Both the position numbers and the translations under genes were made by a program. From Macrostomum hystrix (Eukaryota; Animalia; Platyhelminthes), in assembly GCA_950097015.1 (NCBI GenBank), contig CATNEN010000005.1:62001-126000 (forward strand): 64,000 bases of DNA, given 5' to 3'. The notes under the pieces are model-generated. The model was not told the DNA's origin. It saw nothing but the letters and a program-made list of their open reading frames with translations, and made no database searches. Every line of letters starts with the position of its first letter. The stretch's first letter is position 1. Below, one piece after another: positions 37,812-48,570 of this stretch.

Positions 37812-38484
37812 TTCAGTGTGACACTGAATTCCCTGCAGTGTGATACTGAATTCCCTGCAGTGTGATACTGAATTCCCTGCAGTGTGACACTGAATTCCCT
37901 GCAGTGTGATACTGAATTCCCTGCAGTGTGACACTGAATTCCCTGCAGTGTGACACTGAATTCCCTGCAGTGTGACACTGAATTCCCTGCAGTGTGATAC
38001 TGAATTCCCTGCGGTGTGATACTGAATTCCCTGCGGTGTGACACTGAATTCCCTGCAGTGTGACACTGAATTCCCTGCAGTGTGACACTGAATTCCCTGC
38101 AGTGTGACACTGAATTCCCTGCAGTGTGACACTGAATTCCCTGCAGTGTGACACTGAATTCCCTGCAGTGTGACACTGAATTCCCTGCAGTGTGACACTG
38201 AATTCCCTGCAGTGTGACACTGAATTCCCTGCAGTGTGACACTGAATTCCCTGCAGTGTGACACTGAATTCCCTGCAGTGTGACACTGAATTCCCTGCAG
38301 TGTGACACTGAATTCCCTGCAGTGTGACACTTAATTCCCTGCAGTGTGACACTGAATTCCCTGCAGTGTGACACTGAATTCCCTGCAGTGTGACACTGAA
38401 TTCCCTGCAGTGTGACACTGAATTCCCTGCAGTGTGACACTGAATTCCCTGCAGTGTGACACTGAATTCCCTGCAGTGTGACAC
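37812..38484. repeat. 22-bp palindromic minisatellite, ~30 copies
   Basis: Unit CAGTGTGACACTGAATTCCCTG. Confidence 0.97.
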
Positions 38485-39779
38485 AGTAGCATTAACATTG
38501 TTAAACTATTTATTAAACTCATTTGTGAAGAATAATACTTAAATTTCGTGCAGAATGTTTCCGAACTCATTAAATTCATAAGTTTTTTAGCTGTGGCTTT
38601 TGCTACTTACAAACTGTGCAAAGAAGCGGTCGTGATTGAACAAAAAAATTAAAAAGCATTTTTAAGTCGTTTTACTTTTTGATCTCTGCAGAACTTTGTC
38701 TTAAAATGCGATCAGATTTGGCTCAATCTAAAATCTGAAATAAAAGTAGACGGCGCAGGGCTGTGACTACATTTTTTAAGTGAGTCACGAATTAAGTGGA
38801 GCCACGTACTCGTACTTACACTGAGAAAAAAATGTGCATCTTTCTACTCTTTGAAAAAAAAAGAAAAATAAGAAGCTAAAGCCATTTCCGCAATAGCTGC
38901 TAATAGATTCTGGCTTGTGAGGTATCACCTCAACAGGCAGACAGATTGACAGACAGACAGGAACACGCCTTGGGGAAGTGAAATCTGTTCCATTTAATCA
39001 CAGCGAATATTGTGTGTGCATCCAGTACACGCACTGTTAGAATCGTTGCTAGATTTGTACACTTTGACACGCGCCCTTATGCCTAACATATAGTGATGCC
39101 ACATACTTTTATAGCCACATCTATTCATGTCAGAATCTATACAGCTATCTCTTAATGTGCAACCGAATTTATGAAACAAAACACACTTTGCTTGTCTTGC
39201 ATTAGGCAACTATAAGTTATAATGTTATGGCTCATAACCTTTAGATTTTAGAAAGACAGATACTGAATCTGAAATGCTACCACACACTGTCACAAAAGTT
39301 AATAATGCATTTTTATGTAACAGTGTTAAAGTCTTTGCTTTTAGTAAGTAAGCCGCGAAGGTAAATTGTGGCTAAATGGTTTAACGCGCTTGTCTCTCGT
39401 ACATCAAATTCCCAGCCAGGAAGAGAAGGACTCGGGACCTGTAGGGCCCAAAATTCTAAGATTCTTTTGATTATTTTGACATATAGACGCACAGGTTGGC
39501 CTCATTTTACCATAGACCATGCATTTAGGAAAGCGAACTCCGTGTCTGCCAGTTTTACCTTTTTCTATGTCTAAATGCCTCCATCTTAACGCTGCGAACT
39601 TAATGTTTTCACCTTTTATTGTTTCCTGCAGTATCCAGGGGTGATAAACATCGGAGAGAAATGCGTTGGCGTCAATGGCCAGGGATGGCTAAACACTGAC
39701 AAGGCCTTTTTATTGTTTATTTCAGCTATAGGGTATAGGGTATAACTTTTATGTCTGGGCCTTTTGAAGAACAGTAGTT

Positions 39780-40275
39780 TCTTCACTAGATACCTGTTTC
39801 TAACTGCCCGTGTCCTTTCATTAGTTACCTGTTTCTAACTGCCCGTGTCCTTTCACTAGTTACCTGTTTCTAACTGCCCGTGTCCTTTCACTAGTTACCT
39901 GTTTCTAACTGCCCGTGTCCTTTCACTAGTTACCTGTTTCTAACTGCCCGTGTCCTTTCACTAGCTACCTGTTTCTAACTGCCCGTGTCCTTTCACTAGT
40001 TACCTGTTTCTAACTGTCTGTGTCCTTTCACTAGATACCTGTTTCTAACTGTCCGTGTCCTTTCACTAGTTACCTGTTTCTAACTGTCTGTGTCCTTTCA
40101 CTAGATACCTGTTTCTAACTGTCTGTGTCCTTTCACTAGTTACCTGTTTCTAACTGTCCGTGTCCTTTCACTAGTTACCTGTTTCTACACTGTCTGTGTC
40201 CTATCACTAGTTACCTGTTTCTAACTGTCTGTGTCCTTTCACTAGTTACCTGTTTCTAACTGTTTGTGTCATTTC
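39780..40275. repeat. 35-bp minisatellite, ~14 copies
   Basis: Unit TTACCTGTTTCTAACTGCCCGTGTCCTTTCACTAG. Confidence 0.95.
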
Positions 40276-40964
40276 AAATTTTAGAAAAAAGCAGAAGAGA
40301 AACAATAAAGTCTTAGTTTAATTATCAGATATAACGTTATTAAATTAGAAAACATCTGCTAATTCATGCTTATATGACTGCGCTAATTATACAGGCATAT
40401 ATTTATGTAGAATATAATAATTATGTTTCACAAGTCTACGTAAGTAACAACGAGTGAACACACTTTGAACAATTCAAATACAATTTTAAGCAGCGTGTTA
40501 GGCAATATCGGAAACAAGTATTTTATCAAACATAAAAATGCTTGTCGCCCACATAGTTTTCTGAGAAACGTGGACTTAAGATAAAAAACTATTGAATTTC
40601 TTAAAAAGATAACATTTAATAGCTTTTACTAAATAATGTACAGAATACGAGCTTGCCCTTACGCTTGCTCGTAAAGCAAGCAGTCTGAGAAAAGCAAATC
40701 TTTTAAAATAACAAGCGTTTCAGCTATATATGATTTTGTCTAGGATAGGAAGCGAATGAAAATTTGATTCAGAATCAAATCAGATGGATTGAGAAATTTG
40801 AAAAAAAGTACATTTTAAAGCACACAAAAGAAAATACAAGGTTGAGAACTCAAAAAATTCACTTGTAGCTTAATTCCCGTTAATTCGATTTTGACCCTTC
40901 TGAAAGACACTTCAGGTCTGAGGGTTAAGAACTGAAGGTTCTGACCTGAGGGTCAGGTCTGAAT

Positions 40965-42050
40965 AAATGGGAACCTGAAGTTTGAGAACCTGAAGGTTTA
41001 GAACCTGAAGGTTGAGAACCTGAAGGTTGAGAACCTGAAGGTTGAGAACCTGAAGGTTGAGAACCTGAAGGTTGAGAACCTGAAGGTTGAGAACCTGAAG
41101 GTTGAGAACCTGAAGGTTGAGAACCTGAAGGTTGAGAACCTGAAAGTTGAGAACTATGAAATTAAAGATGAAAACTGAAGGAATAGGGAAACTGAAGATT
41201 GGGAATAGGGAAACTGAAGATTGGGAATAGGGAAACTGAAGATTGGGAATAGGGAAACGGAAGATTGGGAATAGGGAAACTGAAGATTGGGAATACGGAA
41301 ACTGAAGATTGGGAATACGGAAACTGAAGATTGGGAATAGGGAAACTGAAGATTGGGAATACGGAAACTGAAGATTGGGAATAGGGAAACTGAAGATTGG
41401 GAATAGGGAAACTGAAGATTGGGAATAGGGAAACTGAAGATTGGGAATACGGAAACTGAAGATTGGGAATAGGGAAACTGAAGATTGGGAATAGGGAAAC
41501 TGAAGATTGGGAATACGGAAACTGAAGATTGGGAATAGGGAAACTGAAGATTGGGAATAGGGAAACTGAAGATTGGGAATAGGGAAACTGAAGATTGGGA
41601 ATAGGGAAACTGAAGATTGGGAATACGGAAACTGAAGATTGGGAATAGGGAAACTGAAGATTGGGAATAGGGAAACTGAAGATTGGGAATAGGGAAACTG
41701 AAGATTGGGAATAGGGAAACTGAAGATTGGGAATAGGGAAACTGAAGATTGGGAATAGGGAAACTGAAGATTGGGAATAGGGAAACTGAAGATTGGGAAT
41801 AGGGAAACTGAAGATTGGGAATAGGGAAACTGAAGATTGGGAATAGGGAAACTGAAGATTGGGAATAGGGAAACTGAAGATTGGGAATACGGAAACTGAA
41901 GATTGGGAATAGGGAAACTGAAGATTGGGAATAGGGAAACTGAAGATTGGGAATACGGAAACTGAAGATTGGGAATAGGGAAACTGAAGATTGGGAATAG
42001 GGAAACTGAAGATTTGGAAAATAGAAGCTTTAAGATTGGGAATAGGGAAT
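40965..42050. repeat. Abutting 15-bp and 22-bp minisatellites just 3' of the TAF6-like gene
   Basis: GAACCTGAAGGTTGA (40965-41155), then GGGAAACTGAAGATTGGGAATA (41175-42050); the two units share (C/A)CTGAAG. Confidence 0.95.
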
Positions 42051-42095
42051 TGGGATCATTTTCGATATAAATTATCCTAACTCTACGCATTCTAA

Positions 42096-42737
42096 TCACA
42101 ATGGATATGCGAAGTCGGGCAGTACTGGCACAATGTCCGCATTGTGTCTATTACCATCTGGGCAGAAAACGCCGGCGCGACTGCGCGAGGCGACGGCGGC
42201 CCGACCGATGCCCCAGCCAAAGCGCCACTTCAACTGTTGAAACAGGCGATAAAATTCAGATTCAACTTGACCGGAAGACAGCGCAGTTTGAGTCTGCGCG
42301 GAATATGAAGAATTACAGCCGGCCAGTTTGATTACAATTTGTTGACGCTTCTGAGCAAGATTAAATTGGCTAGACGATTCGAAAATTGCAGTCGAATCAA
42401 CATCGGGATCGATGCTAAACAACGACGAAGTAGGCTGATGACTGGGATGAAACAGCGGGCGGTGCTTCTGAACAGGTTGATGCTGCTGCTGCTGTTCCAA
42501 AGGCGGCTGCTGCAAAGCATAACTAGAGGAAAACTGCGGTAGTGGCGGTGAAATCAGTTCAAAGATTGGCTGCTGCTGCTGTTTTTGCTCAACCGACGCT
42601 GTCATCAAGCGTAGAGGCAATTCAGAGGCCAGCGGCGGCGTCAGCGGCCGATCATTGGTGGCTGGCAGGGTGGACGCCTCAGAGCACTGGTCTATGGGCA
42701 GGGCTGGAATAGTTAACAATAAGGGCGATGCAATTTG
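42096..42737 (-). CDS. Probable terminal exon of the TAF6-like gene (or a separate small gene)
   Basis: An open frame of ~213 codons with the same Q/S/P-rich exon composition begins ~60 bp after the big exon's stop and ends ...LPDFAYPL*. A phase-compatible donor was not resolved. Confidence 0.45.
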   Translation of the reverse strand, partial: QIASPLLLTIPALPIDQCSEASTLPATNDRPLTPPLASELPLRLMTASVEQKQQQQPIFELISPPLPQFSSSYALQQPPLEQQQQHQPVQKHRPLFHPSHQPTSSLFSIDPDVDSTAIFESSSQFNLAQKRQQIVIKLAGCNSSYSAQTQTALSSGQVESEFYRLFQQLKWRFGWGIGRAAVASRSRAGVFCPDGNRHNADIVPVLPDFAYPL

Positions 42738-42797
42738 CTACTTGAACTACTGTAAGTAGGCTAGAAAGAATTTTAAGCAGTAGAGTTTACGAGATTT

Positions 42798-45023
42798 CTA
42801 ATTCAAAGTACCTTCAAACTCAAGCAAGCCAATAAGGCAAGACGACACATCCTGAGAGCCAGACGCCGGCAAGCGTCGATCAGCGCAAGCGTCGTGGCCT
42901 ACAGTTGGATCCATGTTATCGTCGTCGTCATCGTCGCCTAGCAATGGCAATTGCGACGGCACCGGATCGTCCTGCATCAATCCAAGCTGGGGCATGGCAG
43001 GCTCCAGCACCGGGGGACGAGAATTCGGCGAACCTCCAGCGGACGACGATGGATCGCCGACGATGGCTCCGCCGACAACGTCCATACCGATGACCTGGTC
43101 AACATCGCCGAGATCCATTGGCAGAAATGAGTCATGATGATGATGATGTATAGACTGCTGATTAGACTGCACAGCCTGATGCTGCTGTTGCTGCTCCTCG
43201 AGTAGCATTAAAAGGCCGTCAACATTCTCGGCGTCAACTAGTGAGCCAATAAAATCGTAGCGTTGTCGTCTGAGTGGCGACGGCGGCTGTTGAGGACAAG
43301 CGGTGTTTGCCAATAAAGATGTTCGACTGCGAAACTGATAGAGTGGCAGATCGAGTGTCGACGCGAAAGCCTCAGACGACGATACCACATCGTAGACGAA
43401 TGCGGCGATTCTCCAGTCAAAATGATGGTCTTTATTCTCGTTGCATTGTTCGTCATCTTCAACTTCCGTCAAGCCAGAATGGTCTGAGCAATGACCGTCA
43501 CGATAATTATCGTCGCTATTATCGACTAATCTGCTAGAACTTGTTGACGTAGATTCCAACGACGAACGTCGAAGATAAGCAACTAGACGACTTCGAAGTC
43601 TGGCAGCTGCAGCTACCGATTCCACATCGCTGGCACTGCCGACTGCATTGCTGCTGCAGCTACTGCAAACAGGCAAGAGGTGGGCTTGTAGGCGTGGCAA
43701 AGCACTCGATACTGTTTGCCAGGAATGTCGCAGCAGTGGCGGCATTGCTACGGCTGCCTGCAGTGCCGAAGCAGCCGCAGCTGAATCTGGCGACTGCAAC
43801 AATCTGCGAATTAGCCGAATAGAAGCCATAAAACTATTTGATTGACCGCCGCGTCTCAGACGCGAAAGAAGACTGGCGGCAAGCTCTTGGAGGTCGACTG
43901 CCTCGGCTGGACGCCAAACGGAGCAGGCGGGAGTTGAGGACAGCAAGCCGCATAACAAATCGATGGCCGCATTTGATTCGCTAGTCGACCAGTTCAGATT
44001 TGGATTAACGGCGCAGGATTCTAAACAGCGTAGACAGCGCCAGAGCAAGACAGAAGAATGACCGTAGCGTCGGCATAGACGCCCGAGAAATTGCAACAGT
44101 CGGGACAAAATTCGACCCAAAGCCGGTGTGTCTGTACTGGCCAAATGACGCAACAGATGATAAAAAGGAGGCTGGGTTGCCATAGAAACAGATGACTGCA
44201 ATATTGCATGCTTCAATATTTGCTGCGGCTGTTGTTGCTTCAATGAATTCGAGCTAGCAGTAGAAGACGGGATTATAACAGACTTTTGACGCTGAGGACG
44301 TCGTAGTAAAAGCAGGCGACGCAAGTGGGCACTATAGGCAGCTTCAGCCTGGGTCAACGGAGCCGAAGAGAAAGACGTCGAAGATGCCGACGGGCAAGAA
44401 GAATCGGCGGATGAAGCAAACGTGACGCGCAGGGCCGATAGAGAAGTCGACGGAGAACGATCGGCGTTGGCTACGCGAGTGTGACGCAGCAGAATGAGTG
44501 GATCGATGTCCGACTCGGCTAGGTAGCGCAGAGCGATGGCATCCGATTCGCCAGAAGCAATGTCTGGCGGAATGCGTACAGGGGCCGGGCAGGCTAACAT
44601 GTCCGACGGCGGTGACAGATGACCAATAAGTCGCGGAGCTTTAGAAATCGAACAGGCGACGTCAATGTCGTCGACGGCAAGACGTCGACGAGCGGAATGA
44701 CGCATTCTTTGGGCAGCCTTAGTAATCAAATGCCTAGCCTGGTAGGTGACTTCCTGGGCGAGGCAGAGCAGGGCCTCCCGACTGGCCAGTTGGACGCCAG
44801 CCGATTCGCACCATAGACGAATAGTGTCGGCGCTGAATAGGGCGAACGATTGTCGCTCCTGTTGCGACGCCGAAACAGCCGCAGCCGCCGCAGCCGAAGC
44901 GGCTGCGACCAAATTGCCGCCAATGTACTGCTGCTGCTGCTGATGCTGCAGCGGCGAGGGAGACGATTGAAAGGACGGTGAAGATGAGGTGCACGGCTTC
45001 TTACGTTTAGTTGCTGACGCCTG
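42798..45023 (-). CDS. TAF6/TAF6L-family protein (H4-like histone fold + HEAT-like region), large exon
   Basis: FALFSADTIRLWCESAGVQLASREALLCLAQEVTYQARHLITKAAQRMRHSARRRLAVDDID matches the TAF6/TAF6L histone fold; LRHLASTDTPAL..., LLWRCLRCLESCAVNPNL and DLQELAASLLSRL follow the TAF6_C pattern. Acceptor CTAAT..TCTCTTTGCAG at 45024. The paralog (TAF6 vs TAF6L) is unresolved. Confidence 0.8.
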   Translation of the reverse strand, partial: QASATKRKKPCTSSSPSFQSSPSPLQHQQQQQYIGGNLVAAASAAAAAAVSASQQERQSFALFSADTIRLWCESAGVQLASREALLCLAQEVTYQARHLITKAAQRMRHSARRRLAVDDIDVACSISKAPRLIGHLSPPSDMLACPAPVRIPPDIASGESDAIALRYLAESDIDPLILLRHTRVANADRSPSTSLSALRVTFASSADSSCPSASSTSFSSAPLTQAEAAYSAHLRRLLLLRRPQRQKSVIIPSSTASSNSLKQQQPQQILKHAILQSSVSMATQPPFYHLLRHLASTDTPALGRILSRLLQFLGRLCRRYGHSSVLLWRCLRCLESCAVNPNLNWSTSESNAAIDLLCGLLSSTPACSVWRPAEAVDLQELAASLLSRLRRGGQSNSFMASIRLIRRLLQSPDSAAAASALQAAVAMPPLLRHSWQTVSSALPRLQAHLLPVCSSCSSNAVGSASDVESVAAAARLRSRLVAYLRRSSLESTSTSSSRLVDNSDDNYRDGHCSDHSGLTEVEDDEQCNENKDHHFDWRIAAFVYDVVSSSEAFASTLDLPLYQFRSRTSLLANTACPQQPPSPLRRQRYDFIGSLVDAENVDGLLMLLEEQQQQHQAVQSNQQSIHHHHHDSFLPMDLGDVDQVIGMDVVGGAIVGDPSSSAGGSPNSRPPVLEPAMPQLGLMQDDPVPSQLPLLGDDDDDDNMDPTVGHDACADRRLPASGSQDVSSCLIGLLEFEGTLN

Positions 45024-47099
45024 CTGCAAAGAGATTATTGAAGATTAGACATTGAAGGAGTATCATTAAATAATTTCTCATAAATTCTTATTGCATAATT
45101 TCTTCTATTTGCTGCACCCTTTTCTTGTAAATTGACGGTTGGATTAGCCATATTAAATAACCTACTCCATGTTGCTTTGACACTATTTTAAGAGACTAAA
45201 TAATGAGCTAACAGCTTTTTCATGGATTGAAATAGGATAACAGATAACAGGTAACATTTAAACAAATAGGAGAACATCTAATATACATAAAATGATATGT
45301 TATCTTGCTGGTAATTGATTTTGTCCAGTGTGCAAGTTGGCTAAGGCTTTGGGTTAGTTGGGTGGGCAGTTTGTAACGAGGTTAAAGTTTAATAACATTG
45401 GAATGAAATTAAGAGCACTATTTTGTTTCAATTATATTAAATTGCTTTGAGCTTTAAGGGCCAAACTGTTAAATTTGCAAATGAGGAATGCCATTTTGGT
45501 TTTGTACCAAAATAACAAACCTAAACTCCTAGTAGAACTTTTTAATCAAATTGTGCAAAAAGGCAAAAGTACAGTAAAAATATAAAAAGTTGTTTTTTTC
45601 TCTTAGTACAAAACAATAGTAATATCTTCTCTACAAAGCAGTGTTAACAATCTCTAGTCAATATATTAGCCTAAAAGCATTTTCATTCATTCTTAAATCC
45701 CAAAAAATAATATTTTGTTTTATCATAAAATTTAGTATACTTTGACTTCATTTTTGGTACTTTTTTCAGTCTTGCACTATTTTCCTTGTATATCTTCTTG
45801 ACTTGAGCAATTAATATTATATTAATATATTTTTCTTCCCACAAACAGTTCTATAATATCATAGGTTAGCCATATTGGCTATAAAAATCTATAAATAGGT
45901 ATACATTGATATAAGCAGATATAGCAGGACCAAAAGCAAAATTGAAAGAAAAAATTGGTTGGAAATATCTGTATTAAGAATTCCATAAAACTTAGCATCT
46001 GTCAAAAACACTTGCCCACTATATACACATTTGCTATACTTTATAGCCATTGAATACATTAAAAGTCATAAAAGTCAGGCCTAGCCTAGGCTAAGTATGG
46101 GCCAAGAAAGACAAGCAGCATTTGGGAATATTGTATTATACCTACTACATAGCACTACTCATTAGAAATTGCATCTTCACTTTGTTTTTTATTTTGCTGT
46201 ACAATTGCATCATTCTAATGCAGCAATTTTTAGTGTAGCCTAGGCCTATTTATGTTTTAGTATAGTGACGTTGATTAAAACTTTCAATTGTATATAGGCC
46301 TATGTTTTGCTTTGATTCTGCTGAAAGTTTTTCCTGGTACTGATCATGGTACTGGTTCTGGTACTGGTAGTATAGACATACTACTCCTCCAATATTCAAA
46401 CTAGTATTTTCCCACACTACACTAGTAGATGTAGTACAATAGGATCCCTCTATTCTCAAATGCAGAGCTGGTCTTCCTTGGCCTATACTTAATGTGTAGA
46501 TTGCAGAATAGCATGTGGAATAGTGTGTGGAATAGCATGTGGTGAAATTTTAACACATAAAACAAAGGGAGTTGATTAAGGTAGGCTAATTTTTATAATT
46601 AAAATAGGGCCTAAGCATAGGCCTAGTAAATTTATTAAGTATGTCAAGTCAAAAAATTACCTGCTTGTTCTATAATATAATCCATACTAGACTATAGTAG
46701 CTACTAGATTTGTAAAGCTAAACATGGATCAACAAAACACAGTCCTGGGCCAGTTCTTGCTTCAGCTTCTCTAAATGCCTAGCCTATGGCTATAGGCCTA
46801 AGTATAATAGACAGAAGCTTTATCAAAACAGATGAAGGTAAACAAGTTTGTATTAACAATAAAGACATTGTTGCAAAAGTAATATTTTATCAGCATAGTC
46901 TCATCCTATTATGATGTAATAATACATTTTCACATGCATAAAGTAAAAAGCTATGGTTAATTTTAGTCTAGTTGTCTAGCTAGAGCTTAGAGCTAGGGGC
47001 TATTTTATTCTGAATAGAAATGTCTATATTACAATGAATAAATAAGAATTTGCTATGTACATTAACCTGAAAAAATAAGTAAACTAATTTTCTGCTTAG

Positions 47100-47260
47100 C
47101 CTAACACTTAACGCTGATGGCCGCATATACTTGGGACAGTCATTAGAGTTGCGCGATCGAACTGTCGTCAGTTTCCTGGAATAAACTGCGCGCGCATTAT
47201 TGGACTCGAACATGCGCTCGCAAACGTTTAAAATATTTCCACCAACACGTTTAAATACAC
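47100..47260. promoter_or_regulatory. Possible promoter region between divergent TAF6-like and peroxiredoxin genes
   Basis: Short CpG/GCGC-rich patch (GCGCGATCG, TGCGCGCGCA, ATGCGCTCGCA) in AT-rich sequence between divergently oriented genes; no stronger evidence. Confidence 0.25.
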
Positions 47261-47794
47261 AGATTTGTGCCTCATTTTAATTACCCAAGCGAATGTGGTG
47301 TTTTTATGCGCAAAAGTTTTTTAGGAACAAAACTTGATTATCTGGAAGGTTTTGAAGTAGAAAGCTAAAGCTAATCCCATGCTTTTATGCTTACTTTTGC
47401 ATTTCGTACAGACAAGTGACAGTGCTCAGATTTTTTCTGTGTAACAGCAAATTTATAATATTCGATTTTCTACTTTGTTTAACGATTTCGATTATTATTA
47501 ACATTCAAAGATTGACATATCAAATCATGACTTCAGGTAGCTAACTGAATGGAAATGTAAAGAACCCCGGCCCCAACCTTGTGAATATTTTTTCGATTTT
47601 GCTGTTCATCTCTGAGGCAGTCGATAAAAACTAGTCAAAAGACGCTATGATTTTTACATACACTTGCATGCATACACTACATACACTTTATATACACATA
47701 TGGACTATAAAAGTTGAAGTTCGAAAGCCTTTTAAAACCGCAATCGCTTCTGATTCTGCACACGCATCCTACATTAATTGATAATTGATTAAGG

Positions 47795-48180
47795 ACACTC
47801 CCTCACACTCTCCATGACACTCTCCCTCACACTCTCCCTCACACTCTCCCTCTCACACTATCCCTGCTGACACCCTTCCTCAAACTCTCCCTCGAACTCT
47901 TCCTGACACTCTCCCTCACTCTCCCTCTGTGTTTTTCTCTACTAGCACACTTTCCCCCACTCTCCCTCACACTTTCCCTCACTCTCCAACATCTCCAGCT
48001 CCCACTCTCCCACACTCCAACACACTCTCCCTCACACTCTCCGTCCTCTCCCTCACACTCTAGTACACTCTCCCACACTCTAGCACACTCTCACACTGTA
48101 GCACATTCGCAGACTCTCCCACACTCTCCCACACTCTCCCACATTCTCCCACACTCTTAAACACTCACTCGCACTCTCAA
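47795..48180. repeat. Degenerate ACACTCTCCC low-complexity repeat
   Basis: Repeated ACACTCTCCC-like motifs. Confidence 0.85.
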
Positions 48181-48570
48181 GTCGACTATAAGTTCGATTA
48201 CACGTATTTTATTATTTTTACCACATGCACGTCCTTATATTTTAAGGGTACATTTAGGGCAAGTGCACGTCTAGCCTATTTTTGTGTACTTCTTGACCAT
48301 AGAATGTAGGAAAAAATTAGAACCTGTCGAATGGCCAAGCAGCAAATAGACTTTTGGGCTATCGATTTAGAGTACTATAATTAATGTGTTCGTCATCAGG
48401 GATTGAAAGCCAGCACTTGGTGTTTTGTTTTATTCCCGTAAAATTGGCCGGCGTATGTCTTACTTAGACAATCCATACCGGAACATACTTTAGTCAACAT
48501 TTTCATTGAATAACTGCAGCAGTTGCATCACTGAGACTAGTCGAAGCCTATTTAAGGAATTCAGGCAGCG

